This document shows positions 18,207 through 27,170 of a stretch of 64,000 nt of DNA, piece after piece. The notes under the pieces were generated by a model. It was not told where the DNA came from and did not search any database. It worked only from the letters and a program-made list of their open reading frames with translations. Origin of the DNA: Methanolobus sp. (GTDB lineage: Archaea; Halobacteriota; Methanosarcinia; Methanosarcinales; Methanosarcinaceae); NCBI GenBank assembly GCA_029762595.1, contig JARVGJ010000004.1:8205-72204 (forward strand). The letters run 5' to 3'. A program made the position numbers and the translations under genes. Within the stretch, counting starts at the first letter, position 1; each line of letters opens with the position of its first letter.

Positions 18207-18739
18207 TCATGGAATCGATATCCCTACTTTCAACTCCACAGGGCCGCCTTTTATAGCATTTAAAGGGCAGAGTTCCTTACAGATGCCACAGCCACTGCAT
18301 TTGAGCAGGTCTATCTGGTCACTTATGGCATGACAGGGACAACTGTCCGGTGGAGGGCAAAAGTCACATTTCCTGCACAATTCCCTGGCAATAGCAAAGG
18401 GTAATTCCGATATCACAACTCCTGCAATGTCAACGGACACAATACAGACTGGTACACACCTTTAACAGCCTGTGCGACGGCGTTGCTCACCAGGGAATCA
18501 GACGTAGCATGTGCAATCTTTGGCACTGTGTTCGATGTTGCCGGTGTTAAAACGAGTGCGTCGTATTTATCAAGCAGGAAACGTCCTGTCTTTGGCCAGC
18601 TTTTGCCTTGCTGTGTTTCAGGGAATATTTATTCGAGGTATTCACCGCAGGATATGGTTTTCAGTTCGTTCTCAAGTCCATACATCCTGACCACTTCTTC
18701 AGCTGCACCGATTATCCCCCATGATATCGTTTTTGTCAT
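18207..18739 (-). pseudogene. Decayed archaeal flavoprotein gene (AfpA/DmrX-like, flavoprotein domain plus 2x[4Fe-4S] ferredoxin tail)
   Basis: From the ATG at 18739: MTKTISWGIIGAAEEVVRMYGL...GEYLE, then an in-frame TAA (18631-18629). The same frame continues IFPETQQGKSWPKTGRFLLDKYDALVLTPATSNTVPKIAHATSDSLVSNAVAQAVKG. The frame then breaks at AAAGGTGTGTACC (18463-18451). The next frame reads VPVCIVSVDIAGVVISELPF...CRKCDFCPP..CPC...CSGCGICKELCP, which is the 77-aa track ORF at 18207-18440. Confidence 0.6.
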
Positions 18740-18787
18740 GTGGTGAAAATAGTCTTTTTCTTATTATATCTTTTTCATAGGTAAGGG

Positions 18788-19375
18788 TCAAAGATAACTG
18801 TAGAGTAGTTTTATTGCTTCTTTTTCGTTCTCTCCACCGCACTTTTCTACAATATCCCCATATGCTTTGATCAGTTTGAGATACTTCTCATCATTTGTAA
18901 GCCTGTATCTTGTCGCATGGATACATGCTTCTATGATCCCGAAAAGACCACGGTTTGGAGCTCTTATAATGCACTTGTTTATATGGGTCCTTATAGGTAC
19001 CAGTTCAGTGACAAATGATTCTGAAGTCAGTTTTGTGTTAGTACATTCAAAGGCGACCCAGCACTGTGCTTTTTTAAGGGTGGCAAAGGTCCTTGAGTTG
19101 AAATTCACGTTCTGGAATTCTGAATCCTTAAGGTCGCTAAAAGTAGAGTTAACGATTGTAAGGGGGTCCCAGGTAATGTTTGCAACAAGTACCTTCTCGG
19201 AAAGCACATTATTGTAGGTGGTAGAGCCCTTGAAAATGCGTATGAACAATTTGTCCTTGCGGCGGATGATACCCATTGGAGCAGCATTTGTTGCCCACCC
19301 CCTGTTTGTTGTGACAATCGTTTCAGAGATACCTTCATAGATACCAAAATCATCAAGATTTAAATTCCTAAGCAT
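18788..19375 (-). CDS. DUF447-like protein (FMN-binding split-barrel type)
   Basis: GISETIVTTNRGWATNAAPMGII near the N-terminus. Its start overlaps the stop of the upstream CitG-like gene (TAATG at 19377-19373). Confidence 0.6.
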   Translation of the reverse strand: MLRNLNLDDFGIYEGISETIVTTNRGWATNAAPMGIIRRKDKLFIRIFKGSTTYNNVLSEKVLVANITWDPLTIVNSTFSDLKDSEFQNVNFNSRTFATLKKAQCWVAFECTNTKLTSESFVTELVPIRTHINKCIIRAPNRGLFGIIEACIHATRYRLTNDEKYLKLIKAYGDIVEKCGGENEKEAIKLLYSYL

Positions 19376-20331
19376 TAGAATCTGACTCCTGCAAGCAATG
19401 AGATGAACATGCCGGCAATTATTATATCTGCCGTGGACCCGGGATTGATATTTCTTTTTAGAAGCTCATCATCAAGATCCTGTATCAATGATAATATACT
19501 ATTGAAGTCCTTATCTTTTTTATACATTTCTTCAAGTATCATATTAGCTTTGCCCGATACATACAAGGCTGTCTTTGAATCATGTTTTGTACTGATGAAT
19601 GTATCTTCGTTCTCTGACAATATCTTAAGGAATGCATAAACTGTGACGTCATTGATATCAGCTTTTATATTTGGGGCATAGATGCCATGCATGCCATCGA
19701 TAATTATCTCTGCACACAAAGAGCATCTTTTAAAACCAGTGACCCACTCATTGGCTATTATATCGTACCCTCTGGCAATGTCCATGAGTTTGTAAAGGGT
19801 CATGTCCTTTTCATGTATCTGATCAATAGCACCCCTGTCACGCAGGTCGAATTCATCGGCAGGGTTGACCCTGACACCAGCCGCTTCAAAACAACTATAG
19901 AAATGGGCCGAATCAGTTGTGCTGCTGTTCCTGACCATCCTGTATGCACTTTCCACAAGTTGCCGGATGGTGAATGTATCATCTTCCTGGAGGAGCTCCC
20001 CTGCCGCCATTGCAAGGGGCATCATCAGTATGAAAGCCCCGAAATGAGTGTTTCCCCCCTTTTGCCACAGCACACTTTCATTAACAGCCTTGCTTATGAA
20101 ACTCCCCACACCGGTCGTATTTAATGAAGCTTCCTCCACAACCGGAGAGACTGCAGCCGCAGAAGCCAGGAAATGCTCGTAACGTGTATCATCGTAGTCA
20201 CTTTGCCTGTGGACATTACCGGGTTTTGGCGAGGCCGATACTTCAAGGCACATTGCAAGCTGTGCACAACGTGCAATATAGGATGAAAGGGGATAGTTTC
20301 CCCGGCGGATAGTATAAAGTGAATCGTTCAT
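19375..20331 (-). CDS. Triphosphoribosyl-dephospho-CoA synthase (CitG/MdcB) family protein
   Basis: PKPGNVHR motif and the helical length (318 aa) typical of the CitG family as found in methanogens. Confidence 0.75.
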   Translation of the reverse strand: MNDSLYTIRRGNYPLSSYIARCAQLAMCLEVSASPKPGNVHRQSDYDDTRYEHFLASAAAVSPVVEEASLNTTGVGSFISKAVNESVLWQKGGNTHFGAFILMMPLAMAAGELLQEDDTFTIRQLVESAYRMVRNSSTTDSAHFYSCFEAAGVRVNPADEFDLRDRGAIDQIHEKDMTLYKLMDIARGYDIIANEWVTGFKRCSLCAEIIIDGMHGIYAPNIKADINDVTVYAFLKILSENEDTFISTKHDSKTALYVSGKANMILEEMYKKDKDFNSILSLIQDLDDELLKRNINPGSTADIIIAGMFISLLAGVRF

Positions 20332-20360
20332 TGTGATGCTGCTTATTCTTTATGTTGTTT

Positions 20361-21488
20361 TTATCTGTTCTTTGCATGGTTCAAAAGATGATCAGCAAGT
20401 TCCTTTTTAAGACGCATATACTCGGCATCCGTAACACCAAGTGTTTCCAGTACTCCGTCCCTCAGGAAACATGGCTTTGATATCTTGCAGCACCATGCAA
20501 GGCTTCCAAAACACGTGCTGTCACCATATTCAAGCATATTGCCTCTGGCAAATTCCATTTTAATATCAGCAAATTCCTGTGCCGTATAGCCCAGTTTCTT
20601 GATATTATTGTGCACAGGACATGGTTTGACAGGAAGGCAGCAGAAAGCAAGTCCTCTCAGGTCACCTTCCCCTCTGCATACATGCTTGGGGGCATTGTAC
20701 CAGCCCATATCATTCTGCAGTAAGGATATGCTGCGTACAAGATTGCTTATAAGTGCAGGATCACTGACAACTCCCCTGGCAACAGATACCACATCAGCAC
20801 CCCGCGTAAACATATCTTTTGCAGCTTCGATATCAGTTACAGAATTGTTGCATATCAAAAACATCCGTGTGGAATCGCGTATTTCCTTTATGAGCTTAAG
20901 GTCAGCTCCAGCACCCTCCTTCATTGCATCCAGATGAAGTATGTCCGCACCGGCAGCTTCTATACTCTTTACAAGTCCTATATCATCCACAATATTTGCA
21001 CGCACCTTGACAGAAAGTATGACCCCGCTTTCCTTGATTTTTCCAATCCATTCACAAAGTTCCGGGAGTTTGTGAAGAAGTGCCTGACCAGCACCGATGC
21101 CTGTCATCTCCTTCTGCCTGCAGTGAGCATCCAGTTCAAGAATAGCATCATTATTCTTTAGCAGCCTGGCAGCTTCAATTAATGGTTCCAGGGTTGTGCT
21201 CCTGACATTGACACATTTCACAGGGCCTTCGTTCAGTGCTTTTATTTCACTTTCAATGAGATCTAAGGGTTCATCGGACACAAACTCTCCCCTGCCTCTT
21301 TCAACGATTGCCTTTGCAGCCTCCTGTGTTGCTGCATCAAGATTATATCCGCCAATTATTACAAGACCTGCATCTTTTGCGTACTCGTTTGCAAAGCTAC
21401 TGTTGGTCATGCCCCCCATGGGTGCAAGTGCAATCGGATTTCTGAAAGATAGATTTCCTATCTTAATATTAAAAAGATCATTAGACAC
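20361..21488 (-). CDS. FMN-dependent TIM-barrel oxidoreductase (Dus/DHOD-like) with a C-terminal Cys-rich extension
   Basis: LSFRNPIALAPMGGMTNS and later barrel strands. The C-terminal part carries CCLPVKPCPVH and CFGSLAWCCKISKPC. The start is taken at GTG 21488, 6 nt after a perfect GGAGGT (complement of 21495-21500); the track ORF extends to 21560. Confidence 0.65.
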   Translation of the reverse strand: MSNDLFNIKIGNLSFRNPIALAPMGGMTNSSFANEYAKDAGLVIIGGYNLDAATQEAAKAIVERGRGEFVSDEPLDLIESEIKALNEGPVKCVNVRSTTLEPLIEAARLLKNNDAILELDAHCRQKEMTGIGAGQALLHKLPELCEWIGKIKESGVILSVKVRANIVDDIGLVKSIEAAGADILHLDAMKEGAGADLKLIKEIRDSTRMFLICNNSVTDIEAAKDMFTRGADVVSVARGVVSDPALISNLVRSISLLQNDMGWYNAPKHVCRGEGDLRGLAFCCLPVKPCPVHNNIKKLGYTAQEFADIKMEFARGNMLEYGDSTCFGSLAWCCKISKPCFLRDGVLETLGVTDAEYMRLKKELADHLLNHAKNR

Positions 21489-21704
21489 GTTTTTACCTCC
21501 GGCAATTATAATTGAAATAAGACAATTACCACATAGTACAATAATCGTCTTGTTATTCACGTGTGTCGCAGAATAATGGATGATTCTATTATTAATATAA
21601 CGCTTTATCTGTGAGCAGGTACCTCAAAACCTAAATACTAACGATACAAACATTTAAAATAACCATGGATTGAATTCCCTGGAACAAAAAAGTGGAGGTT
21701 TTTT

Positions 21705-21911
21705 ATGAATTGTATCGTTTGTGGCATAGAAAGTGAAACCAGATATTGTGATGAATGTGGTAAGGTAATGGACGAAGTGATAAGAACTATCGGGGAAAAG
21801 AGATGGAGTGCAATAGATGATTGTTCCTTCATTTACCCGATGGTGCTCAGGGTTGCCAGGGGAGAACTTAATGTCCATGATATAATCCAGGCACTTGAAG
21901 TCGAAGACTGA
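21705..21911 (+). CDS. Small zinc-ribbon protein
   Basis: 68 aa with CIVCG...YCDECG (CxxC-N8-CxxC) at the N-terminus. Confidence 0.5.
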   Translation: MNCIVCGIESETRYCDECGKVMDEVIRTIGEKRWSAIDDCSFIYPMVLRVARGELNVHDIIQALEVED

Positions 21912-22198
21912 TAAGAATAGTATTGATTGGAATGAATTGTAAAACATAGATCAGATGAAAATTTGGTCTTAGTGTCTCAGTGATTGTACAATCAGCCAAT
22001 TGCTTGGTCTTATCACCAAAAGATAGGATAAGTACTGATTACCTGGGAATTACGTTCTCAATCCATTGAACAAAAAAAACGGACTCTCTTTTTTTTAAAT
22101 ATTGCTTGTGAAGCCGGATAGAAAACATCTTATACTTAGAAATGGGTTACTAACTACCCGTTATAAAACTATATAAATTGCATGTAAGAGGAAGAGTA

Positions 22199-23446
22199 AT
22201 GACTATAGAAAACCCATTTGAAAATTCAAGGAAACAGTTAGCAAAATGTGCAGAGATCCTTGGACTGGATGAAGGTGTACATGAAATGCTCAGGCACCCA
22301 ATGCGTGAACTTCGTGTCACACTTCCCGTCCGTATGGATGACGGTACTATCAAGGTTTTTGAAGGATTCAGGATACAGTACAATGATGCCAGAGGCCCTA
22401 CAAAAGGCGGAATCAGATTCCATCCTGAAGAGAACATTGACACGGTACGGGCACTGGCTGCCTGGATGACCTGGAAATGTGCTGTCGTGGATATCCCCCT
22501 GGGAGGAGGAAAGGGAGGAATCATCTGTAATCCCAAGGAAATGTCCGAAGGTGAACTTGAGCGCCTAAGCCGCAAGTACATAGCCAGTATCGCTCAGATA
22601 ATCGGCCCCAGAAAGGATGTACCGGCACCGGATGTATACACCAACCCCAAGATAATGGCATGGATGGTTGATGAATTCTCAAAGATATCATCATTCAATC
22701 AGCCGGGTGTCGTTACCGGTAAGCCACTAACGATGGGCGGTTCCCTTGGAAGAGGAGATGCCACTGCAAGAGGCGGCATATACACTATCCGCGAAGCTGC
22801 CGCAGTGCTTGGTATCGAGCTTAAGGATGCAAAAGTAGCAATACAGGGATATGGCAATGCCGGTTACTACGCAGCTAAACTTGCAGCAGAGATCCTGGGA
22901 TGTAAGATAGTTGCTGTAAGTGATAGCAGAGGAGGCGTTGTGAACATGGACGGTATCGACCCTGAGGCTGCAAACCAGCACAAGTTAAAAACCGGATCTG
23001 TACAAGGCCTTGCAAACACAACGCCTGTCAGCAACGAGGATATCCTTGAGCTTAACGTAGACATACTCATTCCTGCGGCTCTTGAAAATGTGATCACCGA
23101 GAAGAACGCACTCAAGGTCAATGCAAAGATTGTCGCAGAACTTGCAAATGGTCCAACAACACCTGCAGCAGATGAGGTACTCTTCCAGAGAGGAGTCCAC
23201 GTTATTCCCGACTTCCTTTGTAATGCTGGTGGTGTGACAGTTTCATACTTTGAAATGGTCCAGAACTTCTATATGTACTACTGGAGTGAAATAAGGGTCC
23301 ACACCCGCCTGGACAGGAAAATGACCGAGGCATACAAGGCCGTTTATGAGGCATCCCAGAAATACAACATTGATATGAGAACAGCTGCTTATGTTGTTTC
23401 CATTGAGCGTGTCGTAGTTGCAATGAAAGACCGTGGATGGATCTGA
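22199..23446 (+). CDS. gdhA: Glutamate dehydrogenase
   Basis: Catalytic motif IPLGGGKGG and the Rossmann motif IQGYGNAGYY. ATG at 22199 follows GAGGAAGAG; the track ORF starts 21 nt earlier at TTG. Confidence 0.95.
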   Translation: MTIENPFENSRKQLAKCAEILGLDEGVHEMLRHPMRELRVTLPVRMDDGTIKVFEGFRIQYNDARGPTKGGIRFHPEENIDTVRALAAWMTWKCAVVDIPLGGGKGGIICNPKEMSEGELERLSRKYIASIAQIIGPRKDVPAPDVYTNPKIMAWMVDEFSKISSFNQPGVVTGKPLTMGGSLGRGDATARGGIYTIREAAAVLGIELKDAKVAIQGYGNAGYYAAKLAAEILGCKIVAVSDSRGGVVNMDGIDPEAANQHKLKTGSVQGLANTTPVSNEDILELNVDILIPAALENVITEKNALKVNAKIVAELANGPTTPAADEVLFQRGVHVIPDFLCNAGGVTVSYFEMVQNFYMYYWSEIRVHTRLDRKMTEAYKAVYEASQKYNIDMRTAAYVVSIERVVVAMKDRGWI

Positions 23447-23536
23447 TCCCACCGGGCACCATCCTGCTTAGCTTCGGGTAACATTTATATGGTCTGGATT
23501 TACAGACCATATAGATCCACCCACATCCGGTGGGAT
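23446..23536 (+). terminator. Nested hairpin immediately after the gdhA stop
   Basis: Outer stem ATCCCACCGG (23446-23455) pairs with CCGGTGGGAT (23527-23536). The inner perfect hairpin is ATATGGTCTG (23487-23496), loop GATTTA, CAGACCATAT (23503-23512). Confidence 0.4.
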
Positions 23537-23546
23537 GGATGACCTG

Positions 23547-23566
23547 AATTAATTAATTAATTAATT
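23547..23566. repeat. (AATT)5 microsatellite just upstream of the npdG ribosome-binding site
   Basis: aattaattaattaattaatt read directly from the sequence. GAGGGG and the ATG at 23581 follow. Confidence 0.9.
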
Positions 23567-23580
23567 TTGAGGGGATTATC

Positions 23581-24306
23581 ATGAAAATTGCAATAATAGG
23601 TGGCACAGGTAGCATCGGAAAAGGTTTTGCTCTCCGGTGGGGCCAGAAACACCAAATAATAGTCGGTTCAAGGGGAGAGGAGAAAGCCCAGGCAAAGGCA
23701 GCAGAGTACACGGGTATACTAAAGGATTACGGTTACGATGCAAACATCACAGGCAACGTCAATTCAAAGGCAGCCTCAGAAGCTGATATAGTAGTCCTTG
23801 CAATCCGTTATGGGCAGATAGCTTCTACCATCGAGCAGATAAAACCTGGGCTTGCAGGAAAAATTGTCATCTCTGTGGTCGTTCCAATGGAAAAGGATCG
23901 TTGTATCATTGTTCCTGAAGGGGTTCCTCTTGAGATATCTACAAATTCACGGGAAGATTACAAAGCTGATTATTTCTGTTATGTAACTCCCCCATCAGGA
24001 AGTGCTGCACAGGAAATAGCCCCTATGTTACCGGAAGGGACTGAACTTGTATCTGCTTTCCACAATGTCCCTGCGGCCAAGCTTGCTAACCTTGACATAG
24101 AGCTTGATTACGATATAGGAGTATGCGGAAACAACATGCACTCAAAGAACATCGTATTTGATCTTGTAAAGGATATTTGCGGAATGCGCCCTCTTGACAT
24201 AGGTCCTCTGGAAGCATCTTCCATGGTGGAATCTATTACACCTCTGCTTGTGAATGTGGCCATACGCAACCATATGAAAGATGTAGGCATCAAATTTGTA
24301 GATTGA
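23581..24306 (+). CDS. npdG: NADPH-dependent F420 reductase
   Basis: N-terminal Rossmann motif MKIAIIGGTGSIGKGFALRW and a length of 241 aa typical of NpdG. Confidence 0.8.
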   Translation: MKIAIIGGTGSIGKGFALRWGQKHQIIVGSRGEEKAQAKAAEYTGILKDYGYDANITGNVNSKAASEADIVVLAIRYGQIASTIEQIKPGLAGKIVISVVVPMEKDRCIIVPEGVPLEISTNSREDYKADYFCYVTPPSGSAAQEIAPMLPEGTELVSAFHNVPAAKLANLDIELDYDIGVCGNNMHSKNIVFDLVKDICGMRPLDIGPLEASSMVESITPLLVNVAIRNHMKDVGIKFVD

Positions 24307-24342
24307 TAAATATTAGACATCTGATTTTATGCCTTTTATTTT

Positions 24343-27048
24343 TTAGTGCCACTGCCCTTTGAGCTTATTTAGTTTCCATGTTCTCCCTATTGTTTTTTTC
24401 TCAAGGTAGCAGACAGCATTTTGTTCATGAAGGTTTGCTATAACAACTGCATTTGAACCTCCTGAAGCCTCGTATACGTTTATTACTTTGATCACGTCGC
24501 TGAACTGCTCATATTCCGGCATCATATCTGTCAGGATGTTCCTGGAATTCCTGAAAAACGCCTCATTGAAATCCGAGTCTTTTGTGCTGGGGTACACCGG
24601 CATGTAGATTATCCCTTCCTCTACTATATCCTGGAAAAAGTGGGTCCCATAGGAAACTTCCGGAGTATGTCCTGCTTTCTCACGCGCGATTTCAACTAGC
24701 AGTGAAGCATGGCCAATCTCACTGTAAGTAATATTGACACCCAGGTCGATGTTGCTGCTGCCCCACCTGCCAGGCCCCATAAGTATGAATTTTGTAGCCA
24801 TTCCGCTGATCATATCATTTATACGGCCCAGAATACGACCAACCGATTTTTTTGTGTCCATGTCCGCTATTTCATATGCCTCCGGATCAACATACACAAT
24901 ATATTCGATATTTTCTACTGTGCCTTCATTAATGAGCATACTTGATCTGAATAGAATATTTTCTTTTTTAATGTTATCAGGTATGAGAATCTCCCCTGTA
25001 CTGCCAGGAGTTGTCATGGGCCTGCATTGTACAATGTTGATCCTGACCTTTCCCCTTTTATCAACAGATGCCGTAAATTCAATATCAACCGGATGCTCAT
25101 ATGCTTGCTCCACTGTCTCAAGGATCTGTCCAATGATATTAACTAACCTGGTATTCTTTATCAAATTATTGAACGTGAGCACCATTGGTTGTGAGCAGTC
25201 TATTGTATTGGTGTAGGGGTCAGTAAGATATCCGTCATTCATGACCGAAACGAATACCCTTAGTCCAGGATAATCACATTCCCTGATGAGTTGCTGAAAT
25301 GGCAAGGTTATAAGTTCGTTTTTATCAAGGTCCAGAACATCAACATCCCACTGCGAATACTTCATCACTTTTAAGCCTGTTTCCGGACGGAGTGTCGGAT
25401 GGCTGACCGCAATCATCCGTGGATAGTCCCTTCCTACACGATCAACGGCCCTGGTACCCATTCCAAAGACAAGCCTGATTACACCTTTGTCAGGATCTAT
25501 GCGTTTTGTCCACCGGAAAAGGTTCTTTGAGAAACAGACACCCGCAAGTGCCGGGAAAAAGTAATTTTTGTAAGGAGCACCTGACACGCGCTGTACAAGT
25601 ATTGCCATCTGTTCATCCTGAGAATCAAGTCCCCTGGTCTTTCTGTAAGCAAGGGCATCCGGATTGAGAGCACTTGCATATACAAGTTTGACAGCATACA
25701 TGAAAGCTTCAAGTCGCTCTTCAGGACTTCCCTGATTCGCACAGAACTCACTCCTGTATTTGCCTGCAAAAGCATTACCATAATTGTCTTCCTGAAGACT
25801 GCTGGACCTTACTATAATAGGAGCTTGTCCGAAGTAATCGATCATATCCCTGAACTGGTCGATAATGTCCTCTGGAAACTTACCTTCCAGAAACTTTTTT
25901 TCTACTTCCTCAAACTCCTCTTTTGTCATACCGGAACTATCTGACAGTTTGATCTTGAGCAGGAAAAGACCATTGTTGATCATGAAAGTAAAAAAGACAT
26001 CTGAACCAATATAGAAGGAGTCATGAGGGTCCATCGTATCTGAAAATTCGTCTATGTTCCCACTGCTCATGATAATACTACGCGATAAAAGCATTCCTAC
26101 GGCTTTTCCCCCGATACGGCCAGATCCTATCATCCGGTCCCTGATACTGAGAAGATCTTCCAGAGTAAGATGATTGTCCGCAAGACGGTTGAACCGAGGA
26201 TGATCACCTATGACCATTCTTGAGAATTCCTGCTTTAGTGCAATTATTTCCGGCTCAGGGATAGAGTCCATAATCCCCATATCGTAATGGAATTTGAGTT
26301 TCCTGTATACCATATCCCATGGAGCCGTTCCCAGAGTACCTGCTTTAAGTACTTTCTTACGGTCGCTGGATGAGATAGTGGCCGCCTGTCCGCTATCTAA
26401 TATTGGATCCCATTTTTGACCGGACACCAGATGTGGTAAAAACATGTTTTGTGAATATCTGTCGTAGACTTTCAGAGGATGGACATATGTCATACCGTTA
26501 ATGTGATAGTAGTCGATAAGTACCTGTGTCGTCTCCCTGATACCTGCAACAGTTGAATGACTGTGTTTTCCACGAGTAAGGCAGAAATATCCGATGGTCT
26601 CAAGATCGAAAAGATAAGGACAGGTGACTTTAAAGAAATTGGCTACAAGTTCATCAGTCGCCCACTCGACCATGAGTGAGGATAGATTATCAAATACATA
26701 GTAAACTTTCACTCCATAAAATTCTATAATCCTATGGACCTGACTGCTGAAAAAATCAAAACCACTTCCCGGATCTACTTTTACTATATCAAGCCCTTCA
26801 ATCGCCTCAAGTATGGGTTCATGGGGAGCGAACCTTACGTAAACGCACCTGAAACCAGATTCTATGGCCTTCTTGATGAATCGGTTGGCAAAATACCTGT
26901 AGTCTTCAAGATCTTCAACTTCCCATACGACATTATCACCCAGACGGAAAAAATGAATTATTTCATCAAGCTGAGGGACACCACTGGTCATTTTCTCTTT
27001 GTCAGCATACTTGATAATACTGTTTTCTGCCTCGGCCACACTGCTCAC
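24343..27048 (-). CDS. PEP/pyruvate-binding (PPDK N-terminal ATP-grasp) domain protein with an N-terminal KaiC/RecA-like domain lacking a Walker A motif
   Basis: The N-terminus SGVPQLDEIIHFFRLGDNVVWEVEDLEDY follows the KaiC-type layout (GIPGLD...G.PGTGKT) but has no GKT. The middle has GGKAVGMLL and VRSSSLQEDNYGNAFAGKYRSE, the PPDK_N signature. No swivel-His (TSHAA) motif is seen. Confidence 0.75.
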   Translation of the reverse strand: MSSVAEAENSIIKYADKEKMTSGVPQLDEIIHFFRLGDNVVWEVEDLEDYRYFANRFIKKAIESGFRCVYVRFAPHEPILEAIEGLDIVKVDPGSGFDFFSSQVHRIIEFYGVKVYYVFDNLSSLMVEWATDELVANFFKVTCPYLFDLETIGYFCLTRGKHSHSTVAGIRETTQVLIDYYHINGMTYVHPLKVYDRYSQNMFLPHLVSGQKWDPILDSGQAATISSSDRKKVLKAGTLGTAPWDMVYRKLKFHYDMGIMDSIPEPEIIALKQEFSRMVIGDHPRFNRLADNHLTLEDLLSIRDRMIGSGRIGGKAVGMLLSRSIIMSSGNIDEFSDTMDPHDSFYIGSDVFFTFMINNGLFLLKIKLSDSSGMTKEEFEEVEKKFLEGKFPEDIIDQFRDMIDYFGQAPIIVRSSSLQEDNYGNAFAGKYRSEFCANQGSPEERLEAFMYAVKLVYASALNPDALAYRKTRGLDSQDEQMAILVQRVSGAPYKNYFFPALAGVCFSKNLFRWTKRIDPDKGVIRLVFGMGTRAVDRVGRDYPRMIAVSHPTLRPETGLKVMKYSQWDVDVLDLDKNELITLPFQQLIRECDYPGLRVFVSVMNDGYLTDPYTNTIDCSQPMVLTFNNLIKNTRLVNIIGQILETVEQAYEHPVDIEFTASVDKRGKVRINIVQCRPMTTPGSTGEILIPDNIKKENILFRSSMLINEGTVENIEYIVYVDPEAYEIADMDTKKSVGRILGRINDMISGMATKFILMGPGRWGSSNIDLGVNITYSEIGHASLLVEIAREKAGHTPEVSYGTHFFQDIVEEGIIYMPVYPSTKDSDFNEAFFRNSRNILTDMMPEYEQFSDVIKVINVYEASGGSNAVVIANLHEQNAVCYLEKKTIGRTWKLNKLKGQWH

Positions 27049-27170
27049 ACTGTTTCCTCCTTCGATCGTAGTTGCATTTTAACCTTATGGGTTATAAATG
27101 CAGCAGTATAAAGGTCTTATAAACAAAAGTGGCTTCCGGGTGGAAGCCATTAAATCATGCATTTGACTTA

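Noticed and set aside
18629-18631. In-frame stop in the dmrX-like gene as programmed recoding (pyrrolysine or selenocysteine)
   Set aside because: The codon is TAA, not TAG (Pyl) or TGA (Sec). It is accompanied by an independent frameshift and an apparent internal deletion, which fits decay rather than recoding.
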